Assembly: GCA_021613535.1 (NCBI GenBank)
Contig: CP075496.1
Location: 13,454,001-13,518,000 of the forward strand
Length of the DNA stretch: 64,000 nt
Direction of reading: 5' to 3'
Origin: Adineta vaga
Lineage: Eukaryota > Animalia > Rotifera
The notes under the pieces are model-generated. The model was not told the origin of the DNA, ran no database searches, and was given only the letters and a program-made list of their open reading frames with translations. Position 1 is the first letter of the stretch. Each line of letters starts with the position of its first letter. Both the position numbers and the translations under genes were made by a program. Below, in pieces: positions 1 to 13,897 of the stretch.

Positions 1-3000
1 CTCTCGATTGGCAAAATGGTCCTCGATTGATTTATGGTGTAACAAATAGCGTAGCTCTTTGTTCTGATGTATGAGTTATCGAAATGAATACAATCTTTTT
101 TCTAAACAAGAATTTTATCTATCATAGACTGCACCGTTCTCGGTACGAAAGACATTTTCAGGCCATCAAGGACGACTCAATTGTGTGAAATGGATTCGAC
201 GAGAACAACAAAGTCTGTCTTTATTTTTCTTTGAGCAAATAAGCACATTGTACTAAGTGTATTTCTTTATCTATATAGATTCAAATAGTGATCATTACTT
301 TCTCAGTGCATCTGTCGATAAAACAATCGGTTTATGGAAAGGAAAAAATGAAGATGTATGACATTGTTGAACTGAAAAAAGAAGGAAGAGATTGAACTGT
401 TTTCTGTTATTTTTAAACTAGTATGTTAAACATGTGACACTCACAGGACATCAAAATAGTGTAACTACTGCTGATGGTTATCAACTATCTCCTACCGGTG
501 ATATTTATGTAGCTAGTGGTTCTGCAGATTCAACAGTAAAACTTTGGCATATCTCTGATACGACAGGTATATCTCTATAAGAATTATTGAAATGATTAAA
601 TAGACTTTTCGTTTAGTAACTTGTCTACATACACTTGATTTTAAGAATGGATTTGCAATAACCTTGCATTTAGTTCCATTGGATAATCATAAAGATAGTG
701 AGTGTTTTCTTTTTAGAATTAAATAGTTAAAATACGCATTTCTTTTGGAAATCTTTAGTGTTTTTATTATTCGTGGCAACAGATAAGAACAAAGTACATA
801 TTTATCAAGTTTCGAATAGTATAGTGAGTAAATTAAATTGACATATTTAAAAAATGACTTATAAATTGGATTTATACAGATTGAACAAGTATTTGTTTTA
901 ACTGGACATGAAGATTGGATACGTTCAATAACAGTACAGAAAACAAGTAAGAAATAGACAACACAATTATCTTTTTATTCTTTTTATTGATTTTTCAATC
1001 AATACAGCACCATTTCAATGGTTCGTTGGAACATGTGCTCAAGATAATTATGTTCGAATATGGCAATTATCATTTGATGATAAGAATAACAATAATAATC
1101 AAACAAATATGGATCCATTAGCATTGAAATTAAAACGAAGTTCATTTTCTTTGAAACATTCTGGTAAGAAAAATTGTCTTTATAAAATGACGTTATTTAT
1201 CTATGTTTGATTTAGATCAATCTCAAACTAATGTCGAAGTAGAACTCTATTCAATATTATTAGGACATGAAGAAGCAATCTATGGTCTTTGTTGGTATCC
1301 AAATACAGGTAGAATGATGTTTAGTGTTGAAAAATGTGTTTCATAAAACGATATTTAACCTTGAAGATCGAAAGAAAGCAGCAACAACAATTCTATCTGC
1401 ATCAATGGATAAGTCAATGGTTTTATGGACATTTGATGATAATCAAAAAATGTATATCGATAAAGTAAATGTGTCCTTGTTTTATTCTAAAATTTGACAT
1501 ATTCTATTATTCCAATAGGCTCGTGTAGGTGAAATCGGTGGTAATACACTAGGCTTTTATGGATGTACATTTAGTCCATGTGGTTCATATATACTCGGTC
1601 ATGGTTATGAAGGTGCTTTACATTTATGGAGAATTGAAGAAGTGAGAATTGCAAGGATAACAATGATTTTTGAAAGTGTTTCTTTAGATTGATGATCGTA
1701 TTAATTTGATTCCACAAGTTATTAATAGTGGACATTTTAGTACAGTAGAAGATTGTTGTTGGGATAAACATAGTGGACGATATTTATTGAGTGTATCAAC
1801 GGATAAAACGACACGTTTACATGCAGAATGGAAACGAAATGAAGTAAAAGAAAAATTTTCAGTTTTGATTGTATTTTAATTTTGAAAAACATAAGATGAT
1901 TTCATGGCATGAAATTGGTCGACCACAAATTCATGGTTATGAAATGAAATGTTTGACTTTTATTGGTTCAAATCAACAACGAATCGTCTCAGGAGCTGAT
2001 GAAAAGATTTTACGTATATTTGATGCACCGAAAAATTTTCTGGAAAACTTTGCACGAATTACCAAAATCAATGTCGATGAGGATATTCAAGTAAGAAGAT
2101 TTCTATTATGATCAATAATAATCATATTTTGAAATTTTAGAGAGCTCAATCTTTACCCGAAGGTGCCAATGTACCTGCGTTAGGCCTATCGAACAAAGCT
2201 ATTTTTGATAATGAAGAAAATCAAGCAACAACAACAGCAAGCATCGATGATGACCCAATGACTGTTGATGGATTGTATAAAGAAGGATTTTTTAAAGCGA
2301 ATGTTTTGAATGGTTAGTAATTTTAAAAAAAATCAAGAATTTTTATTTGGTTTCAATCCTTGCCTTTTCTTTTCCTATAGAACCACCATTTGAAGAACAC
2401 CTTTTACAAAATACTCTTTGGCCTGAAATTCAAAAATTATATGGACATGGTTATGAACTTATTGCTGTCGCATCAAATCCTTCCGGTTCAATCATTGCTT
2501 CATCATGTAAAGTAAGTCGTATAATAGAGAGATGTTATCTGAAATTATTCAAATATCTATGACATACTGTCATTTCCTGTGTTACTTGATATTAGTAAAC
2601 ACGATTTTCTACTTCAGCATACAAACAAATCTATTTATATCTTTATCATACGTTAAATATGCATAATTCTACACTTCACATGTCCGTGAAATCTAAAATT
2701 AGAGTTTGAGAAGATCAAAAGATGTCACTATTAATATGCTTGTTTTTAATTAATAAAAAGTTAAATTTCATTCTCAGGCAAGTCATCAAAATGATGCTGC
2801 AATTATCTTATGGAATACAACAACTTGGAAACCAATTGTTCGTCTTGCTGTTCATCAATTAACAGTTGTACGAATGGCTTTTTCCAATGATGGTCAATAT
2901 TTATTATCCGTCTCACGTGATCGATCTTGGTCAATGTTTACTATTGATGAAACAAGTATAGAATTCTAGATTTCCTATCTTCTTTTGTTTCTATCGAAAT

Positions 3001-4024
3001 AATTTCATCAATTAGATTTACAAGCTCAATTATATAAACGAATATCAACAAATAATCCTCATCATAAACGTATTATTTGGTCATGTAGTTTCTCTCATGA
3101 TGATCAGTATTTTATAACCGGTGCACGTGATCAAATGATCCATATATGGCGTGTTAAAGACAAAAGTAATGATGATAATGAGCAACCTTGTGAAAAAAAT
3201 CCATTGAAATTAATTGATTCTATTACTGCTCTTACTTTTGCTCCTCAATTGATTCAAAATGACAAGTTTGTTAAAAGCATTATTTCGAGAGAAATTTTAT
3301 TTGAATTTAAAAATTTTATTTTCCAGATATTTTGTCGTCGCTGGTTTAGATAATGGTACTGTTTTTCTCTACACATGGAATGAACAAGTATCTTGGCAGC
3401 AATTAACATCCATAACACCTCCGTAAGAAAAACAAAATCTTGTTTATGTTTTTTCAATTAGATAAATCTCTAACTCTTTTTTTTTCTTTGATGAAATATG
3501 ATTATGAAAATAAAAGGAAAATCGAGTACTACTACTAATCATTCATATCTGATTGAAATGCTTGTCAGAATGATGTCGAACGAAAGTCACAGTATTCTAG
3601 TCACGTAATATTCTCTCTTTTTCTTTTTCCGTGTACTAATGTAAGTATTTCCGATAATCTTATATCTGTATATTCTTAAGATTAGTTTTTGACTGAGGAA
3701 GAAAGAAAGTAAACGTTCTCAGAAAATAATCTTTCGAATTCAATACGATTGAATGATTTGAATAAAAAACTTTTATCCGGTTTGTTTTATTACTCATGGT
3801 TGCATTTCCGAGAACGAGACTATGAACGTTTCTCTTTGCCAAATGTATTATACGAACGAGAGTAAACAGAGTTTATTTATATAAATCTTTTTTTTCTTTT
3901 TAGAATTGGTTTTCATTTAACAGTGAATCATCTATGTTTCCGTCCATCGTCTTCCACGACACATCAGCTAGCTGGCTGTTCGAATGATGGTACCGTTCGA
4001 ATTTTCAATATATTGTTATCTTGA
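1..4024 (+). CDS. ELP2: Elongator complex protein 2 (WD40), multi-exon, 5' end outside window
   Basis: Spliced exons give [63 protein letters not shown] and [25 protein letters not shown], all ELP2 hallmarks. Stop TGA at 4022-4024; AATAAA at ~4034. Confidence 0.96.
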
Positions 4025-4828
4025 TTTTGTTTGAATAAAACATATAAAGACTAAAATAATTTGTTTTTTTTTAGTTCTCATTTGTCTTTCTATTCCAGAT
4101 ACGAGGTATATTTTCTTTGAACAGTATTATGTTTCTTGGTATTTGTTCTCTAAAACCAAATCTTTTCAATCTTTTATCGAACAAATTACTGGTAAGTAAA
4201 TGAAAATTGAATTTCATCAAGAGATGAATCTTGTGTTTAATTGTTGACAAGATTTTTCTAATTTTAAAGTCGAGAGGAAGAAGGAAAGAAAGGTTGTAAT
4301 TGCATCCTTTTTCATTCCTCTCACGATGTGTGTTTTCTTCTTAGTAAAAAAATAATATTTCTTTTTCTCATGCTTATTTGTCATATTCCTCTTTTTTTTC
4401 CTTTCTTCGCTTATCTTTTGACAAGAAAATAACTTAGTATTATTCTTGTCCTTGAGACATTGAATATTATAGATATAACTAGAAGAAAGTTAGAATGGTT
4501 ATTAAATAGTGTGAAGGATTATATGCACAGACAAATTGGATGAGCTTTCTCGTTTTGTTTTTATGCCGATTGATCACTTTCCTTTCTTTTTTTTCTTGTT
4601 TACTGAAGTACTTGACTTTCGATGGAACGAGATAGAAGAAGAAGAAAGCAAGCTTTTTTTGTCACACTTATCTGATAAGGAAAAATAGAGGAACGTTAGA
4701 AAGAAGGAAAAGAAAAAGAAAATGACATGTTTGCTGGTTGTATTAGGCTTCGTAATCTATCTATCTATATATCTTTGTTTGTTCTTTTTTTCTATTTTAG
4801 GCTCGTTTGAACTGAGCTAGATGTTTGA

Positions 4829-7256
4829 ATGGCGGATGGCAATAGCCACCCATTCAATAATGATGTTATTGCTATTGAAACAATAATTCAATTACAAAAA
4901 CAACTAGTACAACATCAACAAATATCTTCAAAACATAAAGATCTTCTTGATCTTCTTTCTTCAAATCGTACAAGTAATCATTTTTTAAATACAACTGATC
5001 CATCCATTAATATTTCTTCCCAAACAATCACTGATGATGATTTTAATCGTTTAAAATCTTTGATACGTTCAATAATTTGGCCTATCGATCATTTAATTCG
5101 TCGACAATTATGGATGAATATTTTAACCTTCAATCGAATTGATTCATCTAAACAACATTTTCATGGACCTATTTCTACATCATCAATAACAATTGATCAT
5201 AATTCCTATTCACTTTCATCAAAGTCCAATCAATGGCCAACATTTGTTGATACATCGAATTTATGTTTTTATCATTTAACCGATCTAACTGGACGTTTAT
5301 TATTACAACGTGTTCTATTTACATTTGCATTACATCATCCTGATTTAACCTATTGTCCTTCATTAGAACCATTGGCATGTTTACTTTTACATTATTTCAA
5401 TGAACATCAAGTTTTATATTTAATCAATCGTTTATTAACCAAACATTGGCTATTTGGAGAAACACGTTTACAATGGGAAGCTAATTGTCAAGTATTCAAA
5501 AAATTATTAAAAACATATTTTGTAAGTTAGAAAATTTATGAATGTTCTTATTGAAATTTTATTTTATATTTAGAAATCCACTGCAGATACAATTGATTTA
5601 CGTTATGCGAATAATAATAAAGGATTTTATCAAGAATGGTTTTGGTGGATCTTTCGTTATTTACCATTTCATTATCTTGTAAAAATGATTGCACCAATCT
5701 TTTCATTTATTTATTTATTACTTTCTTTATTCTAGATCAAAATTGTGGACTGTTTCTTTCTCGAAGGTCCAAAAGTTATCTATCGAATTGGTTTAGTTCT
5801 TGCTCATTTATATGTAAAAAGTATGTAAACAAGTTCACTTGTTTTGAAAACAAACTTTCAATGAAAATGTTTTGATGTTTTATCTTTAATTGTGTTCTTT
5901 TATAGAACCTCATTCATACAATTGTTTATGTAAATATTCTCGTATATTCAGTTTTCTTTTTTTCCCGTATACATCGGAAAGAAAAATTCAGAAGAATATT
6001 TCACAACCCAGATTGATCCTCTTCGCATTCATGTATTTAAACTAAAATAGCTTTGTACTAATTTTTGGGCTATAACGTTACATACCTACTAACGATATAT
6101 TTTATGCTTGGATATAGGAGTTTTTTTTAAAAATATGTTTTAATTAGGGAAATAGTAGTTTATGATTTGTTTTTATTTGAAATCTAGCGATTAAACATGA
6201 AGCAAATGGAAATATTCGAAGTATGAGTGAATTTTGTCAACAAATTTCTATTCCAATTGAGCAATTATTACGCGTAAGTGAATATTTTCTACAAGAATTC
6301 AAGTGAAAACTATCTATTAACAGTCTGCCTTTCAAATTCGTAACTTAAAGCGAAGTACTATCGAACAGTTGATGGATCATGAGGAAAAAGCACTTCATAC
6401 TTCTCGTTATTATTCTCGAACAGATGACAATGATCAATCATCTTCTATGATTCCTATCAATTCTAATTCTAATTCTAATAATAATAATGGAAATCTTATT
6501 GATTCTCAATCAAAATTTCTTCATCCTCAACATTTGACAAAAATACCAACAAAATCTGTACTCGATCATCAACAGGTAATTTTGAAGTTTAAATGAAAGA
6601 ATGAAATAGAAAATTTTCGTTTTAGTTTGTTACTTTATGGAATTGGTTACCAGTACGGTTGAGTCTTTCTCAACCAAATCTGATCTTTACAACTCAAGAA
6701 CATGGATTTCGTTTACAAACTCTATTGGACAAACTTGATGAAATTGAATATTCAATTTTGATTATCAAAACTACGAATAATGAGGTAAAATTTATTTTGA
6801 TCAATAAAGAACATTGATAAACATATATTTTCATTAGATTTTTGGTGCATTTTGTGCTGGTCTTTGGTCGGATCGTCATAATAAAACATATTTTGGTTTT
6901 GGTGAATCATTTCTATTCACACTTGTACCTAAACAAATGAAATATTCTTGGGTTGGACAATCACATGAAAATGAAAATCGACAACATCAAATTAAACGAG
7001 AATTATTCTTATTTGTTAATCAAGAAAAATTAATAATCGGTGGAGGGTAAAGAAGAAAATGATATTTCGACAAACAAATTCATTTTTGATTGATTTTAGT
7101 AATGGTGATGGTTTATGTATTGATGCATCATTATGCGAAGGTCGTACAAGTCATTGTGAAACATTCAATAACGATCCACTTACTTCATCATCATCATCAT
7201 CATATTTTTCTATAGCAGTTTTAGAAATGATTACATTTGATTTTTCTTCATCCTAG
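4829..7256 (+). CDS. TBC1D24: TBC + TLDc domain protein (TBC1D24/Skywalker-like)
   Basis: TBC motifs WPIDHLIRRQLW, HPDLTYCP, WFWWIF and VDCFFLEGPKVIYR. TLDc motifs LWNWLPVR, EHGFRLQTL, FGAFC, YFGFGESFLF, IGGG-NGDGLCID and CETFNNDPL. Confidence 0.92.
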
Positions 7257-7561
7257 TCACGAAGTCGTTCTTCTTCTTTTTGTTTTTTTTATCTACATAT
7301 CCCTTTCGTAAATGTAATTTCTTTGTTTTTGTTCTTCCTTTGATTTTCAATTGAGAAAAAAAGAATTCACATAGAAAAAAAAAGAGCAACAGTATTAACT
7401 ATATATATTTTTATTCTTTGTGTATTTTGTGTATTATCCATTTCCGTGGTATATTTTTCTTTCTTTTGTGTATTAATGTTTTGTAGAGATTTTACTCGAT
7501 GTGTTTGTCTGTGTGTGTGTTTCAACGCAATAAGATGAAAAGTATTTCGATTTATTCTTAG

Positions 7562-10013
7562 ATGAAAATAAGTCTTTTATTCTTGTGGATCGTTTTTAAT
7601 ACGAAATGTTTGGCATTGAAACCTATACATCTAACAATTGTCGTTTGTGGTCATCGGTAAAGCATGAATGTAGATTGAATTGATTAAAGAAATCTTTTCG
7701 TTTGTTTATTAGACTTGATGAAGCACTGACTGCATTGAAATCATCGTTAATATTTACACCTGGACCAATTATTTTTCATATATTTACTGAAGATCATTTA
7801 CGAGAAGAATTTCGTGAAAAAGTAAGCCGATGAAATTCTTTTGATTTGATTTGATTTATTGAATTCAAAGATTGATTTTCAATGGCCAATGGAATATAAA
7901 TCAAAATTTCAAATAGAATTTTATTCAATTGAATTTACACGAGGAAATGATGAACGTTGGAGAACATTATTCAAACCATGTTGTACACAAAGATTATTTA
8001 TACCAGTTTGTTTAAATTCGAAGAGATTTTCTTGAAATTTCATTTTCTTTTTCATAGGATATTTTAAAACATGTTGATTCAGTTATTTACATTGATACAG
8101 ATACATTATTTTTAAGTAATGTGAGAAATTTATGGCGTTTTTTTCGCAAATTTAATACAACACAATTAGCAGCATTAACACCGGAACATGAAGATCCATC
8201 AATGGGATGGTATAATCGATTTGCACGCCATCCTTATTATGGTTCGATGGGTAAATATCTTGTTGAGATAAAATTCTTCATTTTGAATTCATTTGGGATT
8301 TATTCAGGACTTAATTCTGGTGTGATGTTGATGAATTTAACACGTATGCGTGAAGTTGATATGATTAGTAAGATAACGAATATTTTCGAGGAATTTTATC
8401 TAAATATAACATGGGGTGATCAATGTTTATTGAATATTTATTTTAATTATTATCCTGGTAATATTCTTTGAAAATTGTAAATAGATGAAAATTAATGGAA
8501 GTTTTGTTTTTATTTAGAACAAATGTATGAGTTTACATGTGATTGGAATTATCGTCCAGATCATTGTATTTATGAAAATAATTGTGCAATAGCAAAAGAT
8601 GATGGGGTTAAAATTCTTCATGGATGTCGAAGTGCATTTCATAATGATAAATATGAAGAATTCAAAGCTATTTATCAAGTTATTCATCAATGGAATTTTG
8701 ATTCTAATCTAAAATCTTCTCTATTATCAGAAATCAAAACAAAATTACGAACTTTTTCAACAACGAACTGTGGTAAAACTCCAGAATTATTCACCAAACA
8801 TTTATCAAAAGAAATCTCTTCATTAAACTATTCATTGACGAAAATATTTCATCTCGCTTTTATTTTTAATCAAAATTGGAATTCAATTGAACAGACATTT
8901 ATTACTCTCAAATCTCTTTCATTATTCTCTTCAAATCGAACTCAATTACATTTACATATTCTTACAACAGATCTTCATATACAACAATATTTTTCTCAAC
9001 AAGTAAGATGACGATCTTTCAAATCAGTAGACAAATCAAAACAAGATTGAATTTTAGATTGAATCAATGGGTTATTTCATTACATACTATAATACAACGA
9101 TAGAACATCCATTTCATCTCTCAGTAAGTGAAACCGGAATTCAGATTTTTTGTGTAAGATAAAAAGTTACTTAACGAAGGAAATGTCCTATTGTGAAGAT
9201 GAAGATCGGAGAAAGAAAAAAGCCTGTTTTTGTTTGTTTTCGTGTAGAAAATCTTAAACATTGATCGTGTCGTTTATTTAAATCCAAATATGATTTTTAC
9301 GAATTCATTTGAAAAAATTTGGTCATTATTTAATAATTTTAATTCTCAACAAACTATTGGAATGTTCGGTCAATGTCATATATCAGGTATGAATATTTCT
9401 TCGGAGGTTTTTCTTCAGAAATATTCTTCTCTTCTTTTCTAAGCATCAGCTAGTTAATAATTGATAGTAAGTATCTCATCGGATGATTCTGTTGATTGTT
9501 GCTTTGTTTACTGTGTTTTGGATTGTTCGAAAGGAAATTTGAGAAAAGAAAATATGATTTCATAAAACTCGTTTTAGGCTCGTCGAATGTGTTACTTCTT
9601 CATTTGAATCAAATGAAAAAATTGAATATGAATCTCGATGGATTGAAGCAAATAACTACAGGTAATAACGAAATATCTTTGAGAGAAGACAATCTGTCAT
9701 TTGTTTTTTGAAATAATTTAGAGAATGTTTATTTTATTCCATGTGAATATATACTTGATCCTGATCATTGTCAATCGATTCCGAATGGATTATTTCTATC
9801 GAATTCGATTGATGAAAGATTATTTCGAATCTTATACAAATTAATCAATGAAGTATGTTCAAATTTTTTGTTAAATTAATCAATAAGAATATTTTCATTT
9901 AGATTGATTTACAAAAAACGAATGATTTACTTGTGAATGAAATCAATGATATCGATAATTTACAATGTCGAAGTGAACTTGTTAAATTACTTCTAACAAA
10001 TAAACAAAACTAA
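7562..10013 (+). CDS. GXYLT1: Glucoside xylosyltransferase (GT8) with C-terminal degenerate second GT8 domain
   Basis: Signal peptide MKISLLFLWIVF, then HLTIVVCGHR, WRTLFKPCCTQRLFIP, VIYIDTDTLFL, WYNRFARHPYYG, GLNSGVMLMNL, WGDQCLLNI, CDWNYRPDHC and ILHGCR. A second repeat follows. Stop at 10011-10013. Confidence 0.9.
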
Positions 10014-12389
10014 CTTTCAAAAACTGTTCTTGTTCATGTCATTTTCTTCTAATAAACAGATTTTTTTAGATCTATCGATTTCTTTTTCGAAAAAGAATAA
10101 AATCTATGGCAATCGAGATAGAGAAAATCTATGTAAGTAATCTTGTTTTTCATTGTTTGAATACCATGATAAATTACTCATCGTTAAAAAAGGTAAATGA
10201 TTTGTGTACGAGACCTTCTCTCTAGAGAAACATACACGTACTAGTTTTTGACAACAAGGAGAAAAAAAACACATCCTATTAATCGAGTAATGATATGCAA
10301 TCGCTCGTTTTTTTTTCTCCTCTCTCTCTCTCTCTTCTTGTTACATATTTATATATCATAGTGCTATTAACGACAAAAACATCGAAAGAGAAAAGAAAAG
10401 AAATCTAGAAGATTGCAATCACGAAAAGTGTGTACGTACGCAACTACGTGTGTATGTGTAAATCAAAGAATCCACTCGTTCTATGACATATAAATTTCTT
10501 TGCGCAACCAACAATTTGTCCACAAACTCAAATCGCTTCTATGTATATATTGGAAGAGAAAAATAGAATACATCAAAAAAACACCGAGAGAGAGAGAATA
10601 AAGAGTAAAAACATCGATGAGAAAAGAAACAGAATAATAAAAAAAAGCTTTGATAGCTGAGCATACAGTAGACGCGTGAAAGGGAAAGGCAGAATGAGAA
10701 AAACCAAGAGAAAGGAAGACATTTACGCGGCTACCGTAGTTGTTTCTGTCCTGTTTTTATTTGCGTCTCTATTTCGTTTTTCTTTCGTCATCGGAGGCTC
10801 GTACGTTACTAAAGAGCGTATCGTTACTATTACGTTTTATTATTGAGAAATATATTGAATTTTGTTTTCTTCTTTTCAAGTAAAAACAAAACAATTGATC
10901 GAACATTTCTTCAAATGACGTCTGTTTTGTTTACTTTTCTTTTTTATTATCTCAAACAATACTTTTCTTATATTCGAAAATAAGATTAAACGGTAAGTTA
11001 GTTTAAATTCATACGTCAATCTTTCATCAGATATTTTTGACATAAATTACCATCACCTATTTATTCGCTATGCAATTGTACCATTATTGATTACACGTGC
11101 AATAATGATTAGAATAATATTGAGTATGTCTTGAATCTACGTAATGTATGCAATATTGTCATGTTTTTCCTTTTAGACAAAAATAACAACAAAAAAAAGA
11201 AGAAATATATGAGTAGTTGTTTGATATGTGTTTTTCCTTTAGTCTACATTTTTAGTTTTTCACACTTTATAGGCATGTACATTCTTTGTATAGCATCGTT
11301 GTTTTGATTATTATTCTAGTTGTACACTTGTCGAGTGAAAAAGAGAAGTCTGTTGTTTTTTTAAAAGCTTTTCTTCTTCTTCTTCTTCTTCTGTTTTTTT
11401 CGCTTTCTCTATTTGAAAAACAACATAACAAAACAAAATCGATGTAGAAATAGTTATTTTCTTCGTTTTTAACATCGTTGTCAATCGTATTTTCTTTCTT
11501 TTATATTCGACGCTTTCTTCTATTCATTCTCGCTCAAGCGAGTAGGACAGAACTAGTTTTATGTACAGACTAACATACATATATTCTATATAATACCGGA
11601 CGAAAAAAAAGAAAGAAATAAACAGATGTTGTTTTTATCGTACGACTATAACATCGTACGTTATGTAGTGCGAACCGTGTGTGAGCATAGTATTGTGTCA
11701 TACACTAACAAAATAGAACTCGTTTGTGGATAAAAAACAAAGAATAACACTAATGATGATGATAGTACATCTGTGCACACCAATTGTAAACGACAAAATA
11801 AGAAAGCGTCAGCTGATGAGAATAAGTTTCTTTTTTTCGTTTCTTCTTCGGGTCGACGTATTCTTTTGAAGAACATTTTTATTTTTTATTTTTATCAGCC
11901 GTTCTCCATCTGTTTTTTACCAACATTTTATATTAGAAGAAATATTTTCTCTTTCTTTTCTTTCTTTTTTATTCTATTGTATACATATGATCAAGTTTTT
12001 CTTCTTTTTTTATTCGTGTTTTATCTCAAGAGAGGGAAAACGCAGATGAGACTTGCATACTCTACGTTCTATTGATGATAAACAACTGAAAAATTCCTTT
12101 TGCGTACAATCCTACAGATGCAATAGTAAGTGAGAGAAAAAAATAAACTAAAAAATAACAAAAACAATCATTTTTTCCTATCGACATCATCAAAAAACTG
12201 TTTTCATCATCAAATTCCATGCACATACAAACACACATAAACTCCCTCTCTCTCTCTACATTTATCCTATCCAATTGCAAAAAAAGAAAAACCGAATACT
12301 AATAATAATAATAATCCGACATGTTTTGTATTTTGAGTAGGAAGATATTTATCTTCTCTTCTTCGTTTTTTATTTTAGACGTACACTAA

Positions 12390-13897
12390 ATGGCGTACGA
12401 CGAGGTGTCACCACCGAAAAAACGCTGGCAACAACAAAGTTGTTCGTCAACACCATCACCACCGTCATTAGCACCTTTTACATTAGATGCCAGTCAATGG
12501 CGGCAACAAAATGTTCTTGTTCTAGACAATCAAAATCTAGAAATCTATCATATGGGTGTGATTCTCGATATAATCGATTCTCATCTTGTCACAGTAACAC
12601 TTCGTGATGAACAATCATCAACAAAAACAATTGATTTATCTCGACCACTTTCTAATCATTTACCATCTATTATTATTGATAATATTCCAGCATGTCAAGA
12701 TCTTGTATCTGGTACAGAAGTATGTGTTCGACAAATGGGAAATAGTAAAACTAATCAATTTAATTGCGGACGAATTCAAATGAAGCATCCGCAACGTTTA
12801 GAATTTTCAATTGAATTTAAAGATTCAAATAATAATAATCATCCAAATGATATAAATGATGAAGAAAATAAATGGTTTACGAGACAAAATCTTCGATTAT
12901 TAACCGAACCGTGGCATGAAGAATTACGCCTCTATCGTGAAAATACATCCATGTCAGCAATGTTTCGACCAATATCAGTACAGTCATCAACTGAGAATCA
13001 TGAACAAGTCTCACAACAGCAACAACAAAATGCATTTCCAACTCCACCAAGTGAACATAAAGATGAAGATGATGAAGAAGTGGAACGAGAATTGCATAAA
13101 GAACAACAAACAAATAATAAATTTCAAGGAATCAAAAAAGGCGATATTTTCACGATGGGGTAAAAGTTAATAAGACAACGAAAAGAATATATTCATGTTT
13201 TAATCTTGTTTAATTCTAGCAATACGGGTATAAGAAAAAAATTTAATGGTAAACAATGGCGTCGCCTTTGTGGTATGGATCAATGTCAAAAGGAATCCCA
13301 ACGACATGGTTTTTGTTCCAAACATTTATCACAAATGCGTGAACCACATGCTTTTTCACAACATGTACAACGATTTGTTGGTTCAATGAGAAGTTTTCCT
13401 CCGGTTAATCCTCTTCCATTTCTTGCTGAAATGTATCAACGTGGTTTAGAATATCCTCCTATTCCACCAACATTTTATCCTACGATGGTTCAACTTTCAC
13501 CAGCAACATTACATACCATGCCACTATTACGATCATTTTCTACCCCATCACCAACATCAACAACGACAACAACACTTCTAGTCAATTCAAATCAACCGCC
13601 TAGCGCTTTTGCACCACTTATACCCATTGTTCGACAACATTCCGTCGATATAACTCCACCACCATCGTCTTCATCATCTACACCTGTTTTATCAAATAAT
13701 ACAGCATCATCCGTTCGTCGATCAAGCGAAGATGATAATTCAGAAATCGATATAGAAACTTTACCATCACCTCGTAAGTTTCTAAACTTCTTAAAATCAT
13801 TCGAATTTTCTACTCTGTTTTTCATCTAGCCAATAAACGATTTCGTTCTGAAACAATCGAAGAAGATCAATGTAAAACTAGCAACAAACAAAATTGA
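12390..13897 (+). CDS. Stand-alone Capicua-L N-terminal module (Tudor-like/DUF4819 + N1 C2CH motif), no HMG box
   Basis: Three exons (12390-13159, 13220-13773, 13830-13897). W..RQNLRLL..PWHEEL and [42 protein letters not shown] match the CIC long-isoform N-terminus. Ends [21 protein letters not shown]. Confidence 0.85.

Noticed and set aside
3485-3560. Possible C/D snoRNA (TGATGA...CTGA) in an ELP2 intron
   Set aside because: Weak terminal stem and no recognisable rRNA-complementary guide; such boxes arise by chance in AT-rich DNA.
11661-12280. F/L-rich ORFs upstream of the Cic-N gene (similar ones at 14010-14703 and 20239-20706)
   Set aside because: Translations of T-rich UTR/intron and microsatellite DNA, with no domain or splice support.
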